A stretch of 64,000 nt of DNA from an uncultured Candidatus Saccharibacteria bacterium (GTDB taxonomy: Bacteria; Patescibacteriota; Minisyncoccia; Phycocordibacterales; DATGWK01), in assembly GCA_964428845.1 (NCBI GenBank), contig CAYRZH010000001.1, positions 74,990 to 138,989 of the forward strand, written 5' to 3'. The stretch's first letter is position 1. Each line of letters begins with the position of its first letter. The position numbers and the translations under genes were made by a program. The notes beneath the pieces were generated by a model. That model ran no database searches. It was not told where the DNA came from and worked only from the letters and a program-made list of their open reading frames with translations. Shown here in pieces: positions 26,743-35,990 of this stretch.

Positions 26743-28272
26743 ATGTCCGTAAAAATAGCGTTGCTGTTTGCAGGCTTCGCTTCCCTTGTTGGTGTCGCCT
26801 TTGGTTACTTTCTTCGATGGATCGTTTCTCTCGGTAAAAAGGGCTCTGTAGAGCTCCAGATCAAGCAAATGATGCTTGAAGCCCGAGAAGACGCAAAAAA
26901 AATTGTAAAGGAAGCAGAAGAGAAACTAGAAGCAACACAGAGAGAATCGAGAGCCGAAATAAAGGAGAAGGAGGATGCCATAAAGAAAGCCGAAGATCGT
27001 ATAATCAAAAAAGAGGAGTTTTTAGACAAGCGACAGACAGATATAGATAAAGAGGTTGAGGCCATCAAACAAAAGATTGTTGAAGTAAGGCAGATAAAGG
27101 AAAAAACCGAAGAACTCAATACCAAAAAACTAAGTGAGCTCGAAAAGATCTCGAGTCTTTCTCGTGAAGATGCGAAGCAAGAACTTTTTAAAATTATTGA
27201 GAAGGATCACGAGGAAGATTTGACTGTACGCATGCAGAAACTGGAGATGCAGGCCGCAGAAAGACTAGATCGAAAAGCCAAGGATATACTTGCCATAACA
27301 ATCCAGCGTCTTGCGACCTCTGTTTCCTCCGAGATAATGACAACTGTTGTACCAATCCCATCCGAAGAGGTAAAAGGAAAAATTATTGGGAAAGAGGGAC
27401 GAAATATTAAAGCATTCGAGAGAGCAACTGGCGTTGAAATCATAGTTGATGATACACCGGGAGCAATTACTATCTCATCTTTTGACCCAGTGCGCAGACA
27501 GATCGCCCGCGTGGCTCTAGAAAATCTGATCCAGGACGGCAGAATCCAGCCAGCAAAGATCGAGGAGATGGTAGAAAAAGCAAAACAAGAGATAAATAAG
27601 ATCATTAAAGAAAAAGGAGAGCAGGCCGCCTATGAATGTGGAGTCTTCAACCTAGACCCACGAATTGTGTCTATCCTCGGGCGCTTACACTTCAGGACAA
27701 GCTATGGGCAAAATGTTCTCCAGCACTCGATCGAGATGGCCCACATCGCCGGGATGCTCGCAGAAGAGCTTGGTGGAAATGTAAATGTGGCCAAAGTGGG
27801 TGCACTTCTACACGACATCGGCAAAGCGGTAGACCACGAAGTTGCTGGTTCTCATGTAGAGATCGGCCGGCGAATCTTACAAAAGTTTGGGGCTAGTGAG
27901 GAGGTAGTAAAAGCAATGCAGGCGCATCATGGAGAATATCCATACGAGACGATCGAATCAATAATCGTTCAGATCGCCGATGCTATTTCAGGTGGAAGAC
28001 CTGGAGCAAGAAGGGATACGGTAGAAAACTACTTAAAACGACTTTCTGAGCTAGAAGCTGTGGCAAACTCTTTCCCTGGAGTCGAAAAATCTTATGCATT
28101 ACAGGCAGGGCGGGAGATCAGAGTATTCGTTTTTCCTCAACAGGTTTCGGATCTAGAGGCGAAAAATATGGCTAGGAATATAGCTTTGAAGGTTGAGAGG
28201 GAGTTAAAATACCCTGGAGAAATAAAGGTAAATGTCATCAGAGAAATGAGGGCTACGGAATTTGCTAGATAA
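26743..28272 (+). CDS. rny: Ribonuclease Y
   Basis: N-terminal transmembrane helix, a coiled-coil region, a KH domain (KGKIIGKEGRNIKAFE) and an HD domain (HSIEMAHIAGMLAEELG…LLHDIGKA). Confidence 0.9.
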   Translation: MSVKIALLFAGFASLVGVAFGYFLRWIVSLGKKGSVELQIKQMMLEAREDAKKIVKEAEEKLEATQRESRAEIKEKEDAIKKAEDRIIKKEEFLDKRQTDIDKEVEAIKQKIVEVRQIKEKTEELNTKKLSELEKISSLSREDAKQELFKIIEKDHEEDLTVRMQKLEMQAAERLDRKAKDILAITIQRLATSVSSEIMTTVVPIPSEEVKGKIIGKEGRNIKAFERATGVEIIVDDTPGAITISSFDPVRRQIARVALENLIQDGRIQPAKIEEMVEKAKQEINKIIKEKGEQAAYECGVFNLDPRIVSILGRLHFRTSYGQNVLQHSIEMAHIAGMLAEELGGNVNVAKVGALLHDIGKAVDHEVAGSHVEIGRRILQKFGASEEVVKAMQAHHGEYPYETIESIIVQIADAISGGRPGARRDTVENYLKRLSELEAVANSFPGVEKSYALQAGREIRVFVFPQQVSDLEAKNMARNIALKVERELKYPGEIKVNVIREMRATEFAR

Positions 28273-28432
28273 TTTGATGGTTTGGGGCTACTTGCGTGAA
28301 AAGTGGCCTATTATATAATGGTTACCGAAAAGTAAACCCTCTAAAAACAACATTTTATTGGGTTACATTAACAGGGTCGAATAGGAAAAGTTTATAAGTA
28401 TTACAAATTATTAGCATTTATAAGACAACAAT

Positions 28433-28705
28433 ATGAATAAACAAGGAATTGTAGACGCTGTTCATGGAAAACTAGGAGGAACAAAGGTTCAGGCTGAAGA
28501 AATCGTTGATTTGATAATCGATTCAATCGTTTCAACCCTAAAAAATGGGGGTGAAGTATCGATCGCCGGTCTCGGAATCTTCTCCACAAAGACCAGAGCA
28601 GCTCGCCAAGCAAGAAACCCTCGAACAGGAGAATCTATAAGTGTTCCTGCAATGAGAGTTCCAAAGTTCCGCGCAGCTAAGGCCCTCAAGGACTCTGTTA
28701 AGTAA
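28433..28705 (+). CDS. hup: DNA-binding protein HU
   Basis: 90 aa; …GLGIFSTKTRAARQARNPRTGESISVPAMRVPKFRAAKALKD is the HU/IHF arm signature. Confidence 0.85.
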   Translation: MNKQGIVDAVHGKLGGTKVQAEEIVDLIIDSIVSTLKNGGEVSIAGLGIFSTKTRAARQARNPRTGESISVPAMRVPKFRAAKALKDSVK

Positions 28706-28735
28706 CCTTTCTTAAGGTTTTAGTGTTTATCTCTC

Positions 28736-28796
28736 AAAGCCCCCGCCAAAAGCGGGGGCTTTGATATAAGAAAAAACCCGCCAACATGTGCGGGAA
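28736..28796. terminator. Back-to-back terminator hairpins: aaagcccccgc-caaaa-gcgggggcttt (plus, after hup) and cccgc-caacatgt-gcggg with a T-run on the minus strand
   Basis: Read directly. The second hairpin (28777-28796) is followed on the minus strand by TTTTTT (complement of 28771-28776). Confidence 0.5.
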
Positions 28797-28864
28797 TAGT
28801 TTAGACTATTTGTCCTACTCACCAAAACATTCGGATTTTGCTGGGTGCAGCTTTCAGCCACACA

Positions 28865-29134
28865 CTACCCAAGGCTCTTGATAATACGAGATAGTCGTTC
28901 CTCTCTCCCAGAATTAGCCGAGAAAATGATGAGGGTGGACGATGAAGCCGCCGCAAAAGACCCGAACAATAAAAAAATCTCAAAGGCTGGTTCTTCCCAC
29001 CCCAAGAAAAACCTCCTCAATACACACACATCAACAATAAAGGCCACACCAAACCCAAATACTGCCAGAAATCTATCCATTCCGATCGAGAGAGAGTTCC
29101 AGAACAGTTCATCTTGTGCCGGCCCATTATTCAT
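28865..29134 (-). CDS. Small membrane protein (hypothetical). The minus-strand ORF is preferred over the overlapping plus-strand ORF 28845..29207
   Basis: 89 aa with hydrophobic helices (FLAVFGFGVAFIVDVCVL; FLLFGSFAAASSSTLIIF), and a minus-strand terminator downstream. Confidence 0.35.
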   Translation of the reverse strand: MNNGPAQDELFWNSLSIGMDRFLAVFGFGVAFIVDVCVLRRFFLGWEEPAFEIFLLFGSFAAASSSTLIIFSANSGREERLSRIIKSLG

Positions 29135-29230
29135 CTATGGGTCCCCTTTCTCATCCCAAGTTATCAAATTATTAGCTCCCTTTCAACCACGACAGAAAAA
29201 ATATTGAGGGTCTATTTTATCTATTCTTTA

Positions 29231-29301
29231 TGCGGGTAGCGAGAATCGAACTCGCGTCTACACATTGGAAGTGTGTCATTCTACCACTAAACCATACCCG
29301 C
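29231..29301 (-). tRNA. tRNA-Gly (anticodon TCC)
   Basis: Reverse complement reads gcgggtatggtttagtggtagaatgacacacttccaatgtgtagacgcgagttcgattctcgctacccgca. It folds as a cloverleaf with anticodon stem acaca/tgtgt and loop cTTCCaa, T-loop ttcgatt. Confidence 0.85.
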
Positions 29302-29304
29302 TCC

Positions 29305-29970
29305 TTATTCTAAAACCCTATCAATCCATGCAAGAATCCTCCTAGAAAGTAGCACACCAAACTCTTTTTTTCCATTACTCTTAACTTTTAGGTGTGCTGT
29401 CCCAAACGGGAGCTTCCCTTTTTTTGAGATTTTTTTCCCCTCCCTGCGATCAATATAGGGTTTCTGGAAATGATTTTTTGAAAGACCAGTGCTTCTTGAC
29501 CAAAAATTTATAACCCTATTAACGTTATTGTCAGGATACATATGAATCCTTATGGCCAAATTATCATCCGAAAGCCCGCAAATTTCTTTCAACCACCTGA
29601 TTCCAAGATTTACTATTTTAGGATCAGAATTTATTATCCTAACCTGATCGTATGATTTTGTTCCCTCCCCAATATATAACCCAATCCCAAGCATAAACAG
29701 ATCTCTTCTGTCGAAAGATTCAATATCCCTTTTCGCTTGGTTCCTGGCATTTATTATAGTTTCATTTTTTATCCTATTTTTGGACACAGAAGAAGCAATT
29801 CTCGCTTTAGTTATTTTCGCGATAGTCGTCTTGTTTGGTACATATTCAATACCAGAAAGCCAATAACTGATCGTACTTTTTGACACAGGAACTATTGATT
29901 GAATGTGGCTGTAGGAGTACCCTCTCTTTCTTAAAGATATCGCTTTTTGTCTAAGATTGTCGTGTGCCAT
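29305..29970 (-). CDS. HTH-domain protein with a LAGLIDADG-like motif (putative homing-endonuclease-like protein), directly adjacent to tRNA-Gly
   Basis: 221 aa; the N-terminal ISLRKRGYSYSHIQSIVPVSKSTISYWL resembles a resolvase/transposase-type HTH, and DLFMLGIGLYIGEGTKS resembles LAGLIDADG. Confidence 0.35.
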   Translation of the reverse strand: MAHDNLRQKAISLRKRGYSYSHIQSIVPVSKSTISYWLSGIEYVPNKTTIAKITKARIASSVSKNRIKNETIINARNQAKRDIESFDRRDLFMLGIGLYIGEGTKSYDQVRIINSDPKIVNLGIRWLKEICGLSDDNLAIRIHMYPDNNVNRVINFWSRSTGLSKNHFQKPYIDRREGKKISKKGKLPFGTAHLKVKSNGKKEFGVLLSRRILAWIDRVLE

Positions 29971-30033
29971 CAGGTGTATTATATAGTAATACGTACATAT
30001 TACGAGTGTACAACACTACTGCCTTCATCAATT

Positions 30034-30348
30034 TTACTTTGCCTTACTTGCCAAAGCTTTTGCAATCCTCACAGCCTCATCAAAATTATCTCTCTTAGAA
30101 ATTTTATTTCTCTTCTCATACCCACATATTTGGCAGGAATTGGTGAGCATATACTCCTTCCCTTCCTTTTCTATCAAAACAGGTTTCATCATCCCCTGGC
30201 ACTTCGCTCCCCTATCGCCAGGATTTACGTCCACGTGTTTACTCCAGAGACATTTGGGGCAATGATTGGTATAACCGTCACCCAGGACAAACTCTCCGCA
30301 ATTTTCACACGTGAAATCCTCTTTATTCTTCTGGAATTTTTTCGACAT
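30034..30348 (-). CDS. RNHCP-domain zinc-ribbon protein
   Basis: 104 aa with CENCG…TNHCPKC…CQICG; Cys pairs plus the (R/T)NHCP motif. Confidence 0.5.
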   Translation of the reverse strand: MSKKFQKNKEDFTCENCGEFVLGDGYTNHCPKCLWSKHVDVNPGDRGAKCQGMMKPVLIEKEGKEYMLTNSCQICGYEKRNKISKRDNFDEAVRIAKALASKAK

Positions 30349-31663
30349 TGATTTTCTGCGGCTCTTTTACGAACCGGAATGTAAAGAAACTTATCGCCAC
30401 TAAGAGAGCAAGGGAGAGCATGGCAAAACGGTATTTGATAACTTCGCCAAATGAAGCGAAGGCCAGGATCGTACCACTCCACAAAAGCGGCCCCAGGACA
30501 GAGGCGAACCGCTCAAAGAGGGTGTAGACCCCAAAGAATTTGCCCTGTTCGTTTTCTGGCACTAAATATGAGAAGAAGGCGCGTGACAGGGAAAACAGAG
30601 CACCAAAAGCAAAACCATTTAAAGCGAGCATGACCATGAAAAGAATCTGATTGGTGCTAAAGGCAAAGATCGCAATAAAGACTGCCCAAGAACCAATGAG
30701 TGTTGCTATGGCCAGTCTAGTGCTTTTGAGACGTCGTGCTAGAAGGGGGCTAAGTAGCGCACCCAGGACTGCCGCCGCGAGACCAATAATGGCCGCGAAT
30801 GTTTTTTGTTTGTCCCCCAAACCACCCACCTTTTCCATATAGAGAGAAACAAAAAGATTGAGCGTGAGAATAGCATCAGCGAAAAAATAGTAGGTAATGA
30901 GATACATCAAAACTCCTGGATATTTTCTTATCTCATAGAGATCTCTAAGCACGTCCTTGAAAGAACCCCCAAACGTACGGCCTTTCGGTTCTACAGGCTG
31001 TGCGGTGACTTCCCTTTTCTTGTCCTTCAGGAAGATTAGTACTGGCAGTGAGAATATAAGAAACAGTAACGAGGCGACGAGAAAAGTTGCTTCTCTGCCA
31101 GTGGCACCAAATATTGGGATCTTCCCTTGAGCAACGGGAAGTATGAGCAAGAGACCTACAACGTTCCCAAGCTGACCAGCGGCCAACCCGAGACCGGAAA
31201 TCTTCTCTTTTGTCCGGCTTGTAGATAGATCGTGAATGAACGAGTTATAGAAACTGAAACTCGCAAGATAAGAATATTGGAATAGAAAGTAAAGAATGGT
31301 TATAAGCAGTAGAGTCGAAGAAGTAAACGAAGTGTTTGTCACCGCCACGAGACCAAGAAAAAACAAAGAAACTATGCTAAGCAGAGTGAAGACTCGCAAA
31401 AAAGGCATGCGTTTCTGTATACGATCAGATATCCCACCAAAAAACGGTAGCGTTATAAACAAAAGAAGAGTTGAAACAACTATTGGTATAGTTATCCAGA
31501 TATCAGAAACTTTATTGTCTTGGACTAACCAGAGAGAAAAATAGAAAGCGACACTTATAGACGCCAGAGAGTTTGCAAAATCGAAAAGCACCCAAAGCCA
31601 TATACTTTTGCGCGATCCAGGAGTTCGGACGCTACTCATACTGGCTATTTTCTGATCTGTCAT
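30323..31663 (-). CDS. MFS transporter
   Basis: 446 aa with about 12 transmembrane helices and the two-half MFS topology. Confidence 0.7.
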   Translation of the reverse strand: MTDQKIASMSSVRTPGSRKSIWLWVLFDFANSLASISVAFYFSLWLVQDNKVSDIWITIPIVVSTLLLFITLPFFGGISDRIQKRMPFLRVFTLLSIVSLFFLGLVAVTNTSFTSSTLLLITILYFLFQYSYLASFSFYNSFIHDLSTSRTKEKISGLGLAAGQLGNVVGLLLILPVAQGKIPIFGATGREATFLVASLLFLIFSLPVLIFLKDKKREVTAQPVEPKGRTFGGSFKDVLRDLYEIRKYPGVLMYLITYYFFADAILTLNLFVSLYMEKVGGLGDKQKTFAAIIGLAAAVLGALLSPLLARRLKSTRLAIATLIGSWAVFIAIFAFSTNQILFMVMLALNGFAFGALFSLSRAFFSYLVPENEQGKFFGVYTLFERFASVLGPLLWSGTILAFASFGEVIKYRFAMLSLALLVAISFFTFRFVKEPQKINVEKIPEE

Positions 31664-31861
31664 AAAGACTAAGGTTGGTCGTACTCTCCGGATTCAGCGC
31701 GAACGCGTTTCGAGAGAAACCCGACAATCGGCGCGAAAACAAACGCAAACAAATAATAACTGAAGGGATTTATTTTCACAACACCCATTTTTTAGATTTG
31801 AAAAAATAAAAGGGGTACACACAGATCGCTCTGCGCGCACCCCGAAACGTTTCCTCGAAGA

Positions 31862-32701
31862 TTATTCCCACCGGATCGAGCTGCGAAGACTTTCGAGTGC
31901 CTCGACCATTTTTTCGTCAGTCTTCGCCCGGGCGATTCTTTCCCAACATTCTCGGTAATACACACTAACGGGGTCTTTCTTATCCCGGTGTGGATTCTCG
32001 TAGTTGGCCTTCATACTCATCACCGCCACCATGACAAGATCACGCCAGTCATCGAACTGATCGACTGTTAGTGCCCTTTCCCCACCAGCGATCAATTCGA
32101 GTAGTTTTCTCACCTCGAACTTACTGAAGGACAGCGGTTTGATCTTCGGCTCTTCCGATCTGGTTTTCGGATAGACGTGGATATCAAGCTCTAACTCCAA
32201 ATCTTCGGTGTTTGGCCAACCATTGATACCAAAAATCCTTGGATCGAAGTGAACACTCGTTCGGATCTGACCGTAACCTGGGCTCATCATATCCATCACA
32301 TTGTTTACTCGCATCTTGCTCGTCAGAGCATTAGCCCCCCACGAATCGAAGGTTGTACAACCGATAATACGGAACCTTGGAGGGTGTATGGTGATGATAC
32401 CGCCGCTGACATACACATCGAGCACCTCATTGACACAGCTCGCGTCCGACACCCCCTCCGGATAGATGTTAAAACCGATCGGCAAACTACACAGCAGTGT
32501 CTCAACTTGCCTACGAGTGACTCCCCCCTCCATGACCACAACGCGAAAGATGCTTCTCTTGTCGCGCCCACCCTCAACCAAAAATGACTTGTGGGTCTTC
32601 TTCGGCCTCGCCGCTGTCTTTCTCACAATTTGGCTCCTTTCTGATTTTCTAAGAACAATTGCCGCCATGTCCCTGACACGGTTATTGTTCGACAATGGCA
32701 A
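31862..32701 (-). CDS. Hypothetical protein in a GC-rich compositional islet next to tRNA-Pro
   Basis: 279 aa with no motif I can place. Local GC content is clearly higher than in the flanking sequence. Confidence 0.35.
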   Translation of the reverse strand: MPLSNNNRVRDMAAIVLRKSERSQIVRKTAARPKKTHKSFLVEGGRDKRSIFRVVVMEGGVTRRQVETLLCSLPIGFNIYPEGVSDASCVNEVLDVYVSGGIITIHPPRFRIIGCTTFDSWGANALTSKMRVNNVMDMMSPGYGQIRTSVHFDPRIFGINGWPNTEDLELELDIHVYPKTRSEEPKIKPLSFSKFEVRKLLELIAGGERALTVDQFDDWRDLVMVAVMSMKANYENPHRDKKDPVSVYYRECWERIARAKTDEKMVEALESLRSSIRWE

Positions 32702-32769
32702 TAACGCAGACTATCATGCCCAACTGTAAATGTCAATTATATAAAACGGCCCTAAGCTACCTTACCGTG

Positions 32770-32841
32770 TCGGGGCGCCGGGATTCGAACCCGGAGTCAC
32801 TTGATCCCAAGTCAAGCATGTTACCGTTACACTACACCCCG
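32770..32841 (-). tRNA. tRNA-Pro (anticodon TGG)
   Basis: Reverse complement reads cggggtgtagtgtaacggtaacatgcttgacttgggatcaagtgactccgggttcgaatcccggcgccccga. Anticodon stem cttga/tcaag with loop cTTGGga; T-loop ttcgaat. Confidence 0.85.
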
Positions 32842-32947
32842 TATTAAAGCAATTTTTCCTCTAAACTAGACTTGAAAAATATGAATAACTTTCAAATCCT
32901 AGCATACGAGCCATAATATTCCAATGAATTCGTTGTAAAGGACAAAT

Positions 32948-33373
32948 TTAGATGATAATGTCCTTTATAAAGCTCACACGACCAATCCTTTGTCTCGAAT
33001 CAATAAGAACCGTTATAACGTGAAATCTCCAATCACAGGAGATTGGTAGATTCTTTTCTTCTAAGTAACATTGTATTGTCTTGGCTATCCTGGCCAATTT
33101 TCTAGGACTAACATTGTTTTCAGGTCTATAGCGGTCTCCCCACCCACCAAACCTGCCTGTTTCACAAGAAACATCGCCCGGTCCCTTCCCTATTTCACAT
33201 GAAACACTTTTGACCTCTATAAAATGCAAAGCGCCGTGCATGCTAGCGATGATATCAATCTCCCCGCATTTTCTTTGAAAGTTACGTCCAATCACCGCAA
33301 ATCCCCTTCTTTTAAGGTATTTATAAGCCAAAGATTCCCCTAGATCCCCCAATATCCTTCTAGTTGTTTTCAT
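32948..33373 (-). CDS. yraN: YraN-family (UPF0102) predicted endonuclease
   Basis: GDLGESLAYKYLKRRGFAVIGRNFQRKCGEIDIIA…HFIEVKS is the YraN signature. Confidence 0.7.
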   Translation of the reverse strand: MKTTRRILGDLGESLAYKYLKRRGFAVIGRNFQRKCGEIDIIASMHGALHFIEVKSVSCEIGKGPGDVSCETGRFGGWGDRYRPENNVSPRKLARIAKTIQCYLEEKNLPISCDWRFHVITVLIDSRQRIGRVSFIKDIII

Positions 33374-33399
33374 TAGTTCCCCACGAGCTACTGATTTGA

Positions 33400-33540
33400 C
33401 TGTTTCAGATGAAACACCAGTTCACAGCCTGGGAATGAAACTCTAGCAAACATGAGTAAATATTTGATCAATTTGTTCTAAAGATATTCTGTCACTAGGC
33501 AGTTTCATGGGAAACGTTTCACGTGAAACGTTTATGATTA
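33400..33540. promoter_or_regulatory. Cluster of GTTTCA-N2-3-TGAAAC palindromes (operator-like) upstream of yraN
   Basis: gtttcaGATgaaac (about 33403-33416); gtttcaTGGgaaac overlapping the perfect 22-bp palindrome aaacgtttcacgtgaaacgttt (about 33513-33534). Confidence 0.3.
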
Positions 33541-34103
33541 ACAAAATTGTCCATTTCCTAAAATAACCAGAAGAATGCTCATATTATTTGCTTATCAGAC
33601 ATAAAGGACACAGAGGTTAATTTGTCCTTTATGCACATGTCCCCATGATTATCCACAGATCAAATGGGGGGTTCCGTCGTTAAGCGCCTGGAAACTGGCT
33701 TAGCAGGGGAGCACTATCGAAACCGGACAGAAATGCAAGCAAAAAGAATCAAATCCAAAAAAAAGGCGGGTAAACCATGGGACCGCGGACCTTTATAAAA
33801 TATATAGTTTTGGGGAACTTCGGCCAATCTCGGATGTCCGAGATTAATTAAAAAATGGCTTTAATGGCGATTATATCGGACAAAAAGATTTGGCTTTTAA
33901 CTAATGCGTAGCGAAAATCGGTCACAGGTCCTCGCGTGCTCGCTCGGCCCGCGATCCTTACAGGATCAGTACACCTTTTGGATATTTTTTCACTACACTC
34001 AAAAATATCTCAAAAGGTCTTTCGGTCGGGCCCCAGCCCGACCTCAACCCGCCTCGGCCACCTACGTGGCCTCCGGCCTTCGATTTTCTGCTACACAAGA
34101 AAA

Positions 34104-34130
34104 AACGCGCAGATGCGCGCTTTTCTTATG
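34104..34130 (-). terminator. Intrinsic terminator downstream of tRNA-Gly(GCC)
   Basis: Minus strand: aaaagcgcgc-atct-gcgcg followed by ttttttcttg. Confidence 0.65.
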
Positions 34131-34132
34131 GG

Positions 34133-34203
34133 TGCGGGTAGCGAGAATCGAACTCGCGTCTTGTCCTTGGCAAGGACACATTCTACCACTAAACCATACC
34201 CGC
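34133..34203 (-). tRNA. tRNA-Gly (anticodon GCC)
   Basis: Reverse complement reads gcgggtatggtttagtggtagaatgtgtccttgccaaggacaagacgcgagttcgattctcgctacccgca. Anticodon loop tTGCCaa. The acceptor, D and T arms are identical to tRNA-Gly(TCC) at 29231. Confidence 0.85.
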
Positions 34204-34327
34204 GGTGCTCGAAATTATAACAGAAAGTATACCGTCTGAAAAACCCGGCTCTAAAAGATTACAAAAGGTTATTAAATCTGAATGTCTTAGCCATGGTTTC
34301 TGTCAGAAACAGAATGCAATTTATTTT

Positions 34328-34399
34328 GCGCGCCCGGCAGGATTCGAACCCACAAAAACGGTTCCGAAGACCGTTGTGATATCCATTTCACCACGGGCG
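34328..34399 (-). tRNA. tRNA-Arg (anticodon TCG)
   Basis: Reverse complement reads gcgcccgtggtgaaatggatatcacaacggtcttcggaaccgtttttgtgggttcgaatcctgccgggcgcg. Anticodon stem acggt/accgt with loop cTTCGga; T-loop ttcgaat. The T-stem has G-U pairs. Confidence 0.7.
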
Positions 34400-34459
34400 C
34401 AATAGGACCATACTACTTCAAAATAGCTAAAAAACCAAAGCTATACTAAAATTGAAAAA

Positions 34460-35947
34460 ATGAAGAAGACTGCAGGGAAGCATACGTTTTCCATTCCAAA
34501 GGAGGTTCTAGATGTCTCCCAGACCCTGAAGAAGGGTGGTTTTGAGGCATACCTGGTTGGGGGATGTGTACGAGACCTTTTCCTGGAAAAAGTCCCGAAG
34601 GATTGGGACATTACAACGAATGCCGTTCCAGAGCAGATAATCTCCCTTTTTAAGAAGACTTTTTATGAAAATGACTACGGCACGGTGGGCGTGGTGAATG
34701 AAGAAACAGCGGACCCGACCCTTAAAGTCGTCGAAGTGACTCCATACAGAATAGAGTCGGGGTATTCAGACAAAAGAAGGCCTGATTCGGTCTCTTTTAG
34801 CAAAAATATTGAAGATGATCTGAAAAGACGCGATTTTACCGTAAATGCCATCGCATACGATTCTGAAATACAAAAAACCCTTGATTTATATGGCGGTTTA
34901 GCCGACTTGGAGAATAAGATCATCAGAACAGTAGGGAATCCCAATGAGAGATTTGCCGAGGATGGACTTCGGGTGATGCGTGCGGTGCGTCTGCACGCCG
35001 AGCTTGGCTTCTCAATCGAGGAAAATACAAAAGAGGGTATCAGAAAAAACGCCGAACTTCTCTCCCACATTGCAAAAGAGCGAGTGCGAGACGAATTTGT
35101 GAGAATAATCATGTCTGATCGACCAGGGCAGGCATTAGAACTCTGCCGTGAGCTAGGAATTTTGAAATACATAGTACCCGAACTCGAAAAGGGAATTGGT
35201 ATCGAGCAAAATCAGGCGCATGCATTTGATGTCTGGACTCATCTTATGAAAACGGTTGATCATTCGGCGAAGAAACGCTTCCCATTGCAGGTCCGACTAG
35301 CAGCTCTCCTACATGACATATCGAAACCAGAGACCAGAAGGCAGGCTGGGGAGAAAGGAGACTGGACTTTCTACGGACACGACGTGGTTGGGGCTCGAGT
35401 GACAGAAAGAATTCTTAAGGATCTAAAATTTTCCAATGAAATAGTCGCGCAGGTGACAAAACTAGTGCGCTGGCATATGTTTTTCTCTGACACAGAGAAG
35501 ATTACGCTCTCGGCAGTGCGTAGACTGGTGCGAAATGTGGGTAGGGAAAACGTCTGGGACCTGATGGATGTACGCACCTGCGACAGAATAGGGACGGGGA
35601 GGCCAAAAGAGAGCCCGTACCGACTACGAAAGTATCATTCGATGATAGACGAGGCGCTTCGCGACCCTATCTCTGTGGGAATGCTCAAGACAAATGGGGC
35701 GAGAATTATAGAAATAACGAGGGAGAAACCTGGGCCACGAATAGGGTATATACTGCACGCCCTTTTGGAGGAAGTTCTAGAAAATCCGTCCCTGAATACG
35801 GAGGAAAAACTCGAAGAAAAAGCTAAAAAAATGGCTCTGCTTAGCGACCAAAAGCTTCGAGAGATAGGTGAGAAGGGAAGGGAAAAGAAACAGGAGGAGG
35901 ATGAAAAGATCGTGAAGGAAATTCGCAAGAAGCATTGGGTGGAGTAG
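34460..35947 (+). CDS. cca: CCA-adding enzyme (tRNA nucleotidyltransferase, poly(A) polymerase family head plus an HD domain)
   Basis: LVGGCVRDLFLEKVPKDWDITTNA…RDFTVNAIAY… is the NTase head; the HD motif LAALLHDISKPE is present. Confidence 0.8.
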   Translation: MKKTAGKHTFSIPKEVLDVSQTLKKGGFEAYLVGGCVRDLFLEKVPKDWDITTNAVPEQIISLFKKTFYENDYGTVGVVNEETADPTLKVVEVTPYRIESGYSDKRRPDSVSFSKNIEDDLKRRDFTVNAIAYDSEIQKTLDLYGGLADLENKIIRTVGNPNERFAEDGLRVMRAVRLHAELGFSIEENTKEGIRKNAELLSHIAKERVRDEFVRIIMSDRPGQALELCRELGILKYIVPELEKGIGIEQNQAHAFDVWTHLMKTVDHSAKKRFPLQVRLAALLHDISKPETRRQAGEKGDWTFYGHDVVGARVTERILKDLKFSNEIVAQVTKLVRWHMFFSDTEKITLSAVRRLVRNVGRENVWDLMDVRTCDRIGTGRPKESPYRLRKYHSMIDEALRDPISVGMLKTNGARIIEITREKPGPRIGYILHALLEEVLENPSLNTEEKLEEKAKKMALLSDQKLREIGEKGREKKQEEDEKIVKEIRKKHWVE

Positions 35948-35950
35948 AGA

Positions 35951-35990
35951 AAAGGCCCCACCGAACAGATGTCCAGTGGGGCCCTCTTTT
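35951..35990 (+). terminator. Intrinsic terminator after cca
   Basis: aaaaggccccac-cgaacagatgtccag-tggggccctctttt. Confidence 0.6.

Noticed and set aside
28845-29207. Plus-strand 120-aa ORF
   Set aside because: It overlaps a minus-strand membrane-protein ORF that has its own downstream minus-strand terminator. The plus ORF is low-complexity and has no RBS. I kept the minus ORF, at low confidence.
33904-34239. ORFs of 111 and 94 aa on the plus strand
   Set aside because: They run antisense across the tRNA-Gly(GCC) gene and its terminator in a GC-rich ORF-free region, and have no start context, so they are spurious.
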